Below are positions 8,511 to 19,959 of a stretch of 64,000 nt of DNA, one piece after another. The position numbers and the translations under genes were made by a program. The notes beneath the pieces are model-generated. The model ran no database searches and was not told the DNA's origin. It saw only the letters and a list, made by a program, of their open reading frames with translations. Positions within the stretch are counted from its first letter, which is position 1, and every line of letters begins with the position of its first letter. This stretch comes from a virus. Its lineage: Duplodnaviria; Caudoviricetes. The stretch lies in IMG/VR virus record IMGVR_UViG_3300013426_000018, positions 96,001 through 160,000 of that record. The stretch is one strand, 5' to 3'.

Positions 8511-10596
8511 AGATTCTATTCAATCATTGAGTCCATTGGAATTTGTCAGGTTACGACCTTCTGTCTATTGCGGTAGTACAGAATATTCTACTCAATTATT
8601 GACTGAATTATTTGCCAATTCGACAGATGAATTTCAAATTGGAAATGCTCATACTATTATTATCAATTCCCTTCCTAATTACACCTATGAATTAAGTGAT
8701 GATGGACAAGGAATCTTACCTAATGTTTTACGAGAAGATGGAAAAACAATTTTTGAAGCAGTCCTAGGGCAGCTTAATACTAGTGGCAAATATAATGCCG
8801 ATGGAGTATACGAGGGGAGTTCTATTGGGGTCAATGGGATAGGGCTAAAGCTCGTCACTTTTTTAAGCCATTGGGTAGAAGGCCTTACATGGCGAGATGG
8901 AAAGTATGAGCGGGTTTGGTTCAAAGAAGGAGAGTTTGAAAAAAGAGAAACTGGTGAATGGACAGAAAAAAATAACCCTCATGGTACAAAAATTATTTGG
9001 CAGCCTAATGAAGAATTTTTTGTTCATCCAGAAGTTGAAGATAATAAAGTTAAAGAATTAATTCAATCAACTGTTTGCCTTTGTCAAGGTTTAACCGTTA
9101 AGTTTAATAATGAAACTTATTTTTCTTCTAATGGCATTGATGATTTAATTGATAGCAAAGATGAAATTCTAAAGAATCGTTTACGAATTAAATATCAAAA
9201 TGGTAAACACAAATTAGATTTAAGTTTAACTTATACTAGTTCGTATTCTTCTTCCATCATTTCATATGTAAATACTGGATTCACTACATCAGGTCCTCAT
9301 ATAACTCAAATAAAAACAATTCTTACTCGAGAAATGAATAAATTCTTTAGAGAAAAAAAATGGTTAAAAGATAAAGACGAGAATCTTTCTGGCGATGATT
9401 GTCAAGAGGGGTTGAGATTAGTTTTTCATTTAATCACAACTGATATTGGGTATGATGGACAGTTAAAAGATAGAATTGTCAAACTTGACATGACGCCTTT
9501 TACTGCTGTAATTTCAGAGGAATTACAAAATTGGCTAAATAACAATGAAAAAGCTGTCAAAGTAATTGCAGATAAAGCAATTAATGCTCGTAAGGCAAGA
9601 GAAGCTGCTAAAAAAGCTCGTGAAGCTGCTCGACAGCCAAAAGAAAAAGGCTTAAAGGCAAAATTAGCTTTAAGCACTAAGTTCACAGACTGTATTAGTA
9701 AGGATCCTAAAAAGAGAAACTTGCTGTTAGTTGAGGGAACTTCGGCCGCTAGCTCGGCGATAGAGGCTCGCAACACGCGCACAGATTGTATCTATCAGTT
9801 GCGAGGGAAGATCATTAGCCCGCTCAAAACGGATGTCTCAAAGATCCTACAGAATCAAGAAATGAGCGATATTATTCGAGTGATAGGTGCGGGATTTGGG
9901 AAAGATTTTGATGTCTCAAAGATGAATTTTAATAAGGTCGTGATCACAAGCGATCAAGACTCGGATGGCTTCGACATCGAGTTGCTCCTTTTGACATTCT
10001 TTTACACTTATATGCGTCCATTGGTGGAAGCTGGTAAGTTATATCGAGCAGTAACTCCTCTTTATATTATTCGCCAAAAGGATAAAGAATATTATTGTTA
10101 CAGTGATAGTGAATTAGAAGAATGGAAAAAATCTCATTCTGGTAAATATGATTTACTTAGAGCAAAAGGGTAAGAAAATGCGTCTGGCCCTTATCTTTTT
10201 AACCAGTTTATCGCTGGGGTTTGCTTAATAGCAAGCTAACGAGGTAGTCTTAAATAGATAATCTCGTGAGAACTTGTATAAAAATATGAGTTTTCGTATC
10301 GACTATCTCCTTTGTCGGAGAGTAAGATTGCTATTGATATGCAATTTGAAACATTAGATTGGTGAAAACCAAAAGAAATAGTCAGCTCTATTAGAAATAA
10401 TAGAATCAGTGTAGGCGAACTCAATGCAGAAGACCTTCAAAGAGTTTGTTTTATGAATGAACGATATAAACGAATTACTATTAGTGATATTGAAAAAACT
10501 ACTGAACTTTTAAATATTCTTCAAGGGCCTTCTGTTGAGCCTAGAAAGAAATATATTTATGAAAATGCTAAAGACCTTGGCTTTGAATTTGATTGA
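8482..10596 (+). CDS. gyrB: DNA gyrase subunit B, spliced (exons 8482-10171, 10412-10596)
   Basis: VRLRPSVYCG, E...NSTDE, DDGQGI, EGTSA, LRGK, DQDSDG. Splicing restores RAKG-L-GELN. Confidence 0.9.
10172..10411 (+). mobile_element. Group I intron in gyrB, no ORF
   Basis: U|...G boundaries. GCTAACGAG, ATCGACTA and GAAATAGTC core motifs. Splits KGLGE. Confidence 0.85.
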
Positions 10597-10607
10597 GAGG
10601 AGAAAGT

Positions 10608-13600
10608 ATGGAACAAAAGTCTTATATTACAGAAGTGGATGCACTAGATGAAGCAAAAGAATGTTTCTTAACTTATAGTGCGGAAGTTCTTACTGATAGA
10701 GCAATTCCAGCTGCTGAGGATGGTTTGCTTAGCTCTCAAAGAAAAATTCTTTGGACAATGAGCGATTTTCTTGGAATGGATTCAAAAGGTAAAACTAAAA
10801 AGTGTAATGCTCTTATAGGATCAACCCTCGCTACCTCATACTATCACGGAGATCAAGCATGTTATGGTGTTCTTTGTAAAATGTCTCAAAAGTATCTTAT
10901 GAGATATCCTCTTATCCATGGCCAAGGATCCCTTGGAACCCAAGAAGATAATGATCTCGTCGCTAGTTCGAGATATTGTATGACTGGAGATACTTTAATT
11001 CCTACTTCACAAGGTACAATTCAGTTACAAGATATTATTCCAAACTCTAACCTATCAGAAGAATATGATATTAATTTGGATGTCTTAGGATTTGATGGAC
11101 AAATTCATCATGCTTCTAAATTATTTAATAGCGGAAAATGGCCAGTGTTAAAAATTACTCTTGCTAATGGAATGTTTATTACAGTAACTGAAAATCATCC
11201 ATTAATGGTTTTAAATGATGATTTAAATTTAGTATGGAAATTGGCAGGACAATTAACGACAGAAGATAAAGTTTTATTATTAGTGCCGGATAATAGTCCA
11301 GTTACAGGTCATCATAATGATTACCTTGAAGCCGCAATGTTGGGAGCTATGATCTCTGAAGGCTATGCCACTACTCAAAATAAGATTGGTATTAATAATA
11401 AAGACCTAGAAATGATTGAACCAGTTGTTGAATATGTCCTTCGAGAATTACCTACTTGTAAAGCTTCGATCTGTGAAAATAAAAAAAGAGGTTATTACGA
11501 ATTTTGTTTTACTGATAAATATTTTTATCCTCAATTTATTAAAGAATTTGAATTTGAGAAGTCATTAACAAAACATTTACCATTACAATACTTTAAAGGA
11601 AATCCATCTTACAAAGCTACTCTTTTAAGTTATTTATTTGAAGGAGATGGCTCAGTTGATTCAGAACGTGGTATCACTTATTCTTCTATTAGCGAAACTT
11701 TAATTCATCAATTGCAAGTATCTTTATTACAAGATTTTGGTATTGTATCTAATATCGTTAGAGCAAAAAAAAGGAATGAAATAAAATTACATATTAATAA
11801 TGTTTATGCTGAAACGTTTAAAAATAAAATAAATTTTGTATCAGAGAGAAAACAAAAAACATTAAATGATCTAGTTATTAAAATAAATAATCAAAATACT
11901 ATTGCTAATGGAAATTTTTGTAATATTTATAAGGTTACACAATATATTCGTAATCATTATAAAGGAAAATATTTTAGAAGTCATGGATTTAGTAATAAGA
12001 AGTCTTATAAACAAGCTAAAGACTATATTTCACAACAAGATTACGAAAAGATTAGTAATTTAATTGAAAATTATGTTGAAATTAAAGTAGCAAGTATCGA
12101 GCCACAATCTAATGAAGAAATAGTATATTCTTTAAAAATTGATGATGAAAGTCATGCTTATATTGGAAATGGTTTTATTAATCATAACACTGAAGCGAAG
12201 CCTTCTATTTACACAGACTTAATGATGCTTGATTATAAAAAGAAACCGGTTCCAACAAAGGAGACTTATAATGGTGAATATATGGAACCAGTTGTACTAC
12301 CTTCTCTTTTTCCAAATGCCATTTGTAATGGAAGACAAGCTATTGGTATTTCTATGTCTCATAATTCTGTACCTAATAATTTACGGGAAACTTGTGATGC
12401 TATTATTGCTTATATTAAGAATCCTGAATTAACGATTGATGATATAATGCAATATATGAAAGGTCCTGATTTTCCTCTTGGCAATGTAATTATTAATCAA
12501 AAGGACATTAAGCAGGCATATGCTACTGGTAAATCTCAAACTTCTTTAAAGGTAAGAGGAGATTATGAAATTGATGGTGATAAAATTATTTTTACCACTA
12601 TTCCATATAGGACTTATCGTAATAAAATCAAAGAGCAACTTGAAAAAAATGTTGATGCTTTTGAAAAAGTTCTTGACGATTTTAATGATGAATCTAACAT
12701 TGGTAATAACAGATTAGTATTTTTTGCTAAACCTGGCCAAACCAAGATTCTGTTAAATAAACTATTTACTTTAACAGACTTACAAACTTCAATTTCTTTT
12801 AATATGAATTACATTGTCAATGGCACTCCTAAGCTTTGTTCTATTAAAGACTTAATTAAAGCTTATGTAATTCACCAAAATAATGTAATGATTAATATCG
12901 CAAAGACAGACCTTTCTAAGGCCGAAACTCGTAAACATACCCTTGAGGGTCTTCTTATCGCAATTAAAGATATCGATACAGCTATCCAGCTTATTAAAAA
13001 TTCTTTAGATAAAAATGAAGCTTGTAAAAAGTTAATGGAGCATTTTAATATTACAGAAGCTCAAGCTAGTGCTATTCTTGATATGAAATTAGCTAAATTA
13101 ACTAAACTTGACAAAGACGATTTACTTAAAGAGTTAGAAGAATTGCGGCAAGCTATTCTTAAGTACCAAAAGGTTATTGATGATCAATCTTATAGAGATT
13201 CTCAGCTTATTGAAAAAGTGACTTGGTTGCGTGATAAATATGGTGATGATCGCCGTACCAAAATCATGCAAATTGAAGACACTCCAAAAGAAGAGAAAGA
13301 AATTGCTAATGTAGAACCTGAAAAGTGTGTTGTTATTTCTACTGTTTCTGGGAACATCAAACGCATTCCCACTACTTCTTTTAAAACCCAAAAAAGAAAT
13401 GGTAAAGGAGTAAAAACACAAGATGATATTACCGACACAATCATTAAAACTAATACCATTGATTCTCTCTTAATCTTTAGTAATAAGGGTAATGTCTATC
13501 GCTTACTCGTAAATGATATTCCAGAAGGAACAAATGCGAGTAAAGGCCAACCAATTACTTCTTTAATCGAGATGCTCCCCGGCGAGAAGCCCACTATTAT

Positions 13601-14189
13601 TTATTCTGCTTATAGAGATACTGATGCTGAGTATATTTTCTTTGTAACTAAAAACGGTCTAGCCAAAAAAACCTCTATCAAAGAATATACTTCTATTAAG
13701 AAGAAAAATGGCACAACCGCAATTAAACTCAAAGATGGCGATGAAATTGCAGCAGTTGCCCTTATTAAAAATGAATCAATTATTCTTACTACTTCTGGTG
13801 GTAATTGTATCCATTTCGATAGTAAAGAAATTGCAGCTTCGGGTAGAGTTACTCAAGGTATGAAAGCAGTGACTTTAAAAGATGATGAAGAAGTTACTGG
13901 AATGGCAATTGTTCGTGAACCCACTGATAATCTTGCTGTATTTATGCCTAATGGAGTGGCAAGGCAAATTCCTTTAAAGGATTTTCCTTTACAAAAGCGT
14001 GCGGGAAAGGGCATTAAAATTGGGGAAGTAGCTGATATGACTCTTGTCGCACCAAGTGATACTTTACTAGTCTCTGGGCAAAAGAAGAACATTTGTATTG
14101 CCGCAAGTGATATTCCTGTTTTAGGCCGATTGGCACAAGGTAATCAAATTATTAAAGGTGACAGAGTTATTTCTGTGAGTAAAATTTAA
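10608..14189 (+). CDS. gyrA: DNA gyrase subunit A with intein
   Basis: DRAIP..EDGL, YYHGD, SRY|TE active site, GPDFP, GyrA-box-like QKRNGKG, beta-pinwheel repeats. Confidence 0.92.
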   Translation: MEQKSYITEVDALDEAKECFLTYSAEVLTDRAIPAAEDGLLSSQRKILWTMSDFLGMDSKGKTKKCNALIGSTLATSYYHGDQACYGVLCKMSQKYLMRYPLIHGQGSLGTQEDNDLVASSRYCMTGDTLIPTSQGTIQLQDIIPNSNLSEEYDINLDVLGFDGQIHHASKLFNSGKWPVLKITLANGMFITVTENHPLMVLNDDLNLVWKLAGQLTTEDKVLLLVPDNSPVTGHHNDYLEAAMLGAMISEGYATTQNKIGINNKDLEMIEPVVEYVLRELPTCKASICENKKRGYYEFCFTDKYFYPQFIKEFEFEKSLTKHLPLQYFKGNPSYKATLLSYLFEGDGSVDSERGITYSSISETLIHQLQVSLLQDFGIVSNIVRAKKRNEIKLHINNVYAETFKNKINFVSERKQKTLNDLVIKINNQNTIANGNFCNIYKVTQYIRNHYKGKYFRSHGFSNKKSYKQAKDYISQQDYEKISNLIENYVEIKVASIEPQSNEEIVYSLKIDDESHAYIGNGFINHNTEAKPSIYTDLMMLDYKKKPVPTKETYNGEYMEPVVLPSLFPNAICNGRQAIGISMSHNSVPNNLRETCDAIIAYIKNPELTIDDIMQYMKGPDFPLGNVIINQKDIKQAYATGKSQTSLKVRGDYEIDGDKIIFTTIPYRTYRNKIKEQLEKNVDAFEKVLDDFNDESNIGNNRLVFFAKPGQTKILLNKLFTLTDLQTSISFNMNYIVNGTPKLCSIKDLIKAYVIHQNNVMINIAKTDLSKAETRKHTLEGLLIAIKDIDTAIQLIKNSLDKNEACKKLMEHFNITEAQASAILDMKLAKLTKLDKDDLLKELEELRQAILKYQKVIDDQSYRDSQLIEKVTWLRDKYGDDRRTKIMQIEDTPKEEKEIANVEPEKCVVISTVSGNIKRIPTTSFKTQKRNGKGVKTQDDITDTIIKTNTIDSLLIFSNKGNVYRLLVNDIPEGTNASKGQPITSLIEMLPGEKPTIIYSAYRDTDAEYIFFVTKNGLAKKTSIKEYTSIKKKNGTTAIKLKDGDEIAAVALIKNESIILTTSGGNCIHFDSKEIAASGRVTQGMKAVTLKDDEEVTGMAIVREPTDNLAVFMPNGVARQIPLKDFPLQKRAGKGIKIGEVADMTLVAPSDTLLVSGQKKNICIAASDIPVLGRLAQGNQIIKGDRVISVSKI
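10977..12188 (+). mobile_element. LAGLIDADG intein (404 aa) directly after the GyrA catalytic Tyr
   Basis: Starts CMTGDT, block B TENHP, LGAMISEG and LFEGDG, ends GFINHN followed by T. Confidence 0.92.
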
Positions 14190-14221
14190 GGGGCTGAAAT
14201 GCCCCTTAAAAGGAGTTATAT

Positions 14222-16189
14222 ATGGTAAAAAATATTGACCTTTTAATTAAACAAAATGAAATCCGTAAAAGAATTGATATTTTAAAAAGATATTGTAAGC
14301 TTTATGAAGAAGGTAGGCCAGCAATTTCTGATAGTGCTTACGATAGACTTTATTTTGAGCTTAAACAAATTGAAGAAGACACTGGAATTATTTATCCTGA
14401 TTCCCCTACACAGTCTATCTCTTATGATATTGTAAATAGCTTAACTAAAGTCGAACATAATCATCCTATGCTCTCTCTTGATAAGACAAAAGATTTTGAA
14501 GAAGTAAAGAAATATTTTGGAGATTTTGTGGTTGTTGCCATGTGCAAAATGGATGGTCTTACTTGCTCTCTTACATATCAAGATGGAGAATTGATTCGTG
14601 CCGAAACTCGCGGCGATAGCAAAGTGGGAGAAGATATTACTCATAACGCACGAGTGATTCCTTCTATTCCCAAAAAGGTTCCTATTAAAGGGGAGCTTAT
14701 TGTAGATGGAGAGATAATTTCTACAAAAGAAAATTTTAAGAGATTTGAGGACACTTATAAAAATCCTCGCAACTTTGCTTCTGGAAGTATTCGTCTTTTA
14801 AATTCTAATGAGTGTGCTAATAGAGGTTTAACTTTCGTAGCTTGGGATGAAATTACTGCAAGATATGATGATAACCATGAATATTATTTCCATGAGAAAC
14901 TAGATCATCTTTCTTCTCTTGGATTCACAGTAGTTCCTAATTATGTGCGGCCAGACGTAAATGAAGATGTCATTGAACTTTTAAAGAAAAACGCAGAAGA
15001 ACTAAGTTATCCTATTGATGGCCTTGTTTTTAAATTTGATGATGTTGGATACGGCAACTCTTTGGGGGCAACAAGTCACCATTTGAATTCTGCTTATGCA
15101 TTTAAGTTTTACGATGAAGCTCTTCCTACGACACTACGAGATATTGAGTGGAGCCTGGGGAGGACTGGTCGGATTACCCCCATTGCCATTTTTGAGGATA
15201 TAGATTTTTCTGATTCTGTTGTTAATAGAGCGAGTCTTCATAATCTCAGTATTATCGAAAATCTTTTTGGTCCAGAAGGCCCACATAAAGGGCAAACTAT
15301 TTATATTTCAAAACGAAACATGATTATTCCAACAGTTGAAGAAGTCGATGAAGCTCCAGAAGAAGCAGAAAGATTAGAGATTCCTACTATTTGCCCTTGT
15401 TGTGGTAAGCCAGTAGTAAAGAAAACTGATTATGAATCTACTTTCTTAATGTGTAACAACCCTGATTGTCAAGGACAAGTTATTAATAAAATTGAACATT
15501 TTGCAAGTAAAAAAGGACTTGATATAAAGGGACTTTCTAAAGCAACTCTTGAGAAGCTAATTGATTGGGGCTGGGTAAATAATTGCGGTGACTTGTTTAC
15601 TTTACAAGGCCACAGAGATGAATGGACTAAGAAAAGCGGTTTTGGAGCTGCCTCGGTTGATAAAGTATTAAATGCAATTAATATTGGTGCAACTTGTGGA
15701 TTAGATAAATTTATTTGTGCTCTTGGAATTCCATTAATTGGATCAACTGCTTCTAAAGCATTGGCAAAAGAATTTCGCACTTGGAATAATTTTATTAATG
15801 CAGTTGAGAATAAATATAAATTTTATCAAATTAATGGATTTGGTAGAGAAATGTCTAACGCTATTAACACATTTGATTTTACTGAAGCAAAGTATATTGC
15901 TCATAATTTTATGACTTTTGGAGATGAAGAAGCGGTAGCGACCTCCACAAATAGTAATATCACAGGTAAGACTTTTGTTATTACGGGTAAGCTTCAAACT
16001 ATGAATAGAGATGCTTTAAAAGAAAAAATTGAAAAATTGGGTGGAAAAGTCACTAGTTCTGTTACCTCTAAAACAGATTATCTCATTAACAATGATAAAG
16101 AATCTACTAGTAGTAAAAATTTGAATGCCCAAAAGTTGGGTGTACCAATTCTGTCAGAAAAAGAATTTTTAAAATTTTTTGAGATTTAA
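14222..16189 (+). CDS. ligA: NAD-dependent DNA ligase
   Basis: ISDSAYD, HPMLSLDK, KMDG, TRGD..VGEDIT, NPRN, GRTG, Zn finger, BRCT. Confidence 0.95.
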   Translation: MVKNIDLLIKQNEIRKRIDILKRYCKLYEEGRPAISDSAYDRLYFELKQIEEDTGIIYPDSPTQSISYDIVNSLTKVEHNHPMLSLDKTKDFEEVKKYFGDFVVVAMCKMDGLTCSLTYQDGELIRAETRGDSKVGEDITHNARVIPSIPKKVPIKGELIVDGEIISTKENFKRFEDTYKNPRNFASGSIRLLNSNECANRGLTFVAWDEITARYDDNHEYYFHEKLDHLSSLGFTVVPNYVRPDVNEDVIELLKKNAEELSYPIDGLVFKFDDVGYGNSLGATSHHLNSAYAFKFYDEALPTTLRDIEWSLGRTGRITPIAIFEDIDFSDSVVNRASLHNLSIIENLFGPEGPHKGQTIYISKRNMIIPTVEEVDEAPEEAERLEIPTICPCCGKPVVKKTDYESTFLMCNNPDCQGQVINKIEHFASKKGLDIKGLSKATLEKLIDWGWVNNCGDLFTLQGHRDEWTKKSGFGAASVDKVLNAINIGATCGLDKFICALGIPLIGSTASKALAKEFRTWNNFINAVENKYKFYQINGFGREMSNAINTFDFTEAKYIAHNFMTFGDEEAVATSTNSNITGKTFVITGKLQTMNRDALKEKIEKLGGKVTSSVTSKTDYLINNDKESTSSKNLNAQKLGVPILSEKEFLKFFEI

Positions 16190-16208
16190 AAAAATTTTTG
16201 GTATAATA
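16179..16208 (+). promoter_or_regulatory. sigmaA-like promoter (repeated motif)
   Basis: TTGAGA...AAAATTTTTGGTATAAT. Confidence 0.55.
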
Positions 16209-16240
16209 AGTATGTAATCAATGAGAAGGAAAAATTTCAA

Positions 16241-16438
16241 ATGAAGAAAAAAGAAATTAAAAACTTAGCACAAAAAATTGCTAAGTATGAAAGAATTATT
16301 CAAACAAGCGATGACAAGAAAGCTATTGCTCAAGCCGAAGAAGAAATTATGAAAGTATCAAGCAGCGTACATAGTCTGGAAGATATGATGGCTATTGACG
16401 AGTTAGTTCTTGAATTACTTAATGAAGAAAATTCTTGA
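16241..16438 (+). CDS. Hypothetical protein
   Basis: 65-aa ORF with RBS and upstream promoter. Confidence 0.6.
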   Translation: MKKKEIKNLAQKIAKYERIIQTSDDKKAIAQAEEEIMKVSSSVHSLEDMMAIDELVLELLNEENS

Positions 16439-16529
16439 AAATGAGAAATTTTTTTGGTATAATCTTAGTGTAATTAATAAGAGATTACAAATTAAAAATT
16501 ATTTATGATTAAAAGGAGAAAAAATTATT

Positions 16530-16796
16530 ATGGCTATTTCTGTTAAGACTATTAATGTTCTGAATTTTCTAAAGGCTCACACTGGTGAGAATCTGACTGC
16601 GTAGGATGTTGCTGATGCTCTGAACATCGATGTGAAGGTTGTTAATGGTACTTTCACTTCCGGCATTCAGAAGAAGGGCTATGGCAAGCGTATTGAAGCC
16701 GAGGTTGAGCTGGATGATGGAACTCACCGTAAGGTGAAGTTTTTGACTCTGAGTCCCGAGGGCATTGCCTTTGACCCCACTGTGGATGCTGAGTAA
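16530..16796 (+). CDS. Small winged-helix DNA-binding protein
   Basis: MAISVKTINVLNFLKAHTGENLTA*DVADALNIDVKVVNG... Strong RBS, one TAG, followed by a terminator at 16813-16846. Confidence 0.7.
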
Positions 16797-16865
16797 TTTA
16801 TATAGATAATTTATAAGGTAGAGAGAGTTAATTCTCTCTACCTTATTTTAATAATAGGAGGAATC

Positions 16866-17849
16866 ATGATTACATATATTCTTTTATCTTTGCCTATTAT
16901 TATTTTAATTGTTCTTACTTTTATTTAGTCAAAAGCAATAGTTAAATATAAAAAAATGGCTTCTGAAGAAGAACGAGAAATTCATCAACGTATTCAAGAA
17001 TAGTATAAAGATGAAATTGAATCTTACTAGTAGAGAATTAAAAATTTAAAAATCCAATAGAAGCAAGAAGTTGATTCATTAGATAATATTAATTAGCATA
17101 TAGAAGAATCAAGGGCAACCGCAAATCGAAATGCTGAACAATATTACAATTAGTGTCTAGCTACAGTAGAAGAATAGATTAAATTAAAGCATGAGCAATT
17201 ACTTCAAAATTATCAGAAAGTAAAAGAAATTCTTGATAAAGAATATGAGTAGAATAAAGTTCTAAAACAACAAGAATTAGAATAGTTTGTTCAGCAGTGT
17301 GATAATCAAATAAATATCGCTCAAGCTTCATTAGATGAAGTCCAAAAAAAAGTAGACAGTACTACTGAAGTCGCTAGAAGGGCAGAAGCTGAATAGAATC
17401 AAAAAGATTTTTATCGGATTCAATTAAGTGCGGAAGATATTGAAGAAATTCAAAAAATTCGTTCTATTGAACCTTTTTTGCGTAATAAAGAGCCTTTAAA
17501 TAAAATAATTTGGAAATATTATTATGAGAAGCCTGTTAATGAAATGATTGGCCGAGTTATTGGTCCAGGCATTCGTATTGGAATATATAAAATTACAAAT
17601 ATAGAAAATGGTAAATGCTATATAGGGCAAAGTACAAATCTATCAGACAGATGGAAGCAACATGTAAAAAAAGGCATCGGGGCAGATGGTTTAACAAGAA
17701 ACAAGCTCTATCCAGCTATGCTAGCTATTGGCCCTGAAAATTTTACATTTGAAATTATCGAAGAATGTAAAAAAGAACAACTAGACGAACGAGAAGACTA
17801 TTATCAACAATTTTTTCATGCCATTGATTATGGCTATAGTATAAAGTAA
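16866..17849 (+). CDS. Membrane-anchored coiled-coil protein with C-terminal GIY-YIG domain
   Basis: N-terminal hydrophobic helix, E/Q/K-rich middle with many TAGs, in frame with GIYKITN...CYIGQS. Confidence 0.7.
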
Positions 17850-17860
17850 AGGATGTTTAT

Positions 17861-18139
17861 ATGATTCAACAAATTATTGGGAAGCGCAGTAGCGGCAAAA
17901 CCTCTTAGCTTATGCTTTTGGCTAAAGAAAAGAATGCCAATTATGCTTGTATGAATCCTTATGCTATGAGAGAAAAAGCATTAGCATATGGTCTTACTGG
18001 AATTAATTTTATTAGTTTTAGTGATTTATTTACAGGTAACTATATAGATTAGCCAGTAGTAATTGATGAACTTGAGATGTTCGTTAAACGTTATACTGAT
18101 TGTAATTTAATTGGTTATACTCTGACCGAAGGGAATTAA
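17861..18139 (+). CDS. Small P-loop-like protein
   Basis: IIGKRSSGKTS* and VVIDELE motifs. 92 aa with TAG readthrough. Confidence 0.55.
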
Positions 18140-18987
18140 ATGAGGACTGAAGCTGATTATTATTTATATGAAAATATTGATAAGATAGAAGAAAGCGGAT
18201 ATGTTGATGTTAATCCCCGTCCTAGATATGCAGATGGGACTCCTGCATATACCAAATCTATAAATCATCAGTATCGCACTTATGATTTATCTACTGGAGA
18301 TTTTCCAATTTCTACTTTGCGACCAATAGCATGGAAAACTGCAATTAAGGAAATTCTTTGGATTTATCAAGATGCTAGCAATAGTTTAGATTTGCTTCAT
18401 AATAAATATGGCGTTTACTATTGGGATGAATGGCCTAGTAAAGATGCGCCTGGAACTATTGGAGCCCGCTATGGCGAAGTTGTGCGACGGTATAATTTAA
18501 TGGGCAATTTACTTCAAGACATTAAAAAAGATCCCTATGGACGTCGGCACATTATAGATCTTTGGCAATACAAAGAATTAAATGAAACAGATGGTCTTTA
18601 TCCTTGTGCTTTTCTCACTGATTGGAATGTGCGAGGTGAGTACCTTGATATGCTTCTTTTTCAGCGTAGTGGAGATATGTTAATGGCTTCTGGAGCCGGA
18701 GGAGTTAATGAAGTTCAATATGCGGCTTTGTTAATGATGGTGGCTCGTCATTGTGGTTATAAACCTGGTAAATTTACTCATATTATTTGTAATGAATAGA
18801 TTTACGACAAACATTGGGAAGCAGCTCATGAACTTCAAAGGCGTTTTGAAGAAGCTGTGCCTAATAAAGGTTCTGTGCATTTGATTCTTAATCCAAAGAA
18901 AACTAATTTTTATGATTTTACAATTGATGATTTTGCTATTGAAAATTATAATCCTGTTAAGCCACAATTAAACTTGGAGATTGCTAT

Positions 18988-18991
<4 letters not shown>
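18140..18991 (+). CDS. thyA: Thymidylate synthase
   Basis: LYPC, FQRSGD, NEVQY, NE*IY..H. Ends TGA 18991. Confidence 0.92.
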
Positions 18992-19467
<476 letters not shown>

Positions 19468-19530
19468 TTTTATAAAAATTTTATGGTATAATATTTATAT
19501 AAAGTAAGAAAGTGAGAAATAGTAAATAAA

Positions 19531-19896
19531 ATGAGAATGACTAAAAAGCAAGAATTTATCAATTTTGTTAGTTCTCTTATGGAAAAATGCCCAAATGAAA
19601 AAATGAACGAAGATGCTTCTCTTTATTGGGAAGGGTTTTGTAGTTCTAAAGATTCTAGCGATAAGCCTTTGCTAAGTGATAATGGAAAAATCATTCTTGA
19701 ATTTCTTCAGAATCAAACCGAAAAAAGGACTTGGACTAGTAAGGCTCTTGGTGAAGGAATTGGTATTTCTTCTCGTTCAGTTTCGGGTTCTATGCGGAAA
19801 CTTGTTGACGCAGGTTTTGTTGAGAAATGTGGGGCTGACCCTATTGCTTATGTAATTACGGATGAAGGAATTAATTTTAATTTAGAAACAATTTAA
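19531..19896 (+). CDS. Winged-helix transcription regulator
   Basis: TSKALGEGIGISSRSVSGSMRKLVDAGFVEK...Y.IT.EG. Confidence 0.7.
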   Translation: MRMTKKQEFINFVSSLMEKCPNEKMNEDASLYWEGFCSSKDSSDKPLLSDNGKIILEFLQNQTEKRTWTSKALGEGIGISSRSVSGSMRKLVDAGFVEKCGADPIAYVITDEGINFNLETI

Positions 19897-19959
19897 AGAT
19901 TTTGGACAAAATTAGACATTTTCATCAAATGAAAGTTAATAAACATTGAGGTGATAAAA

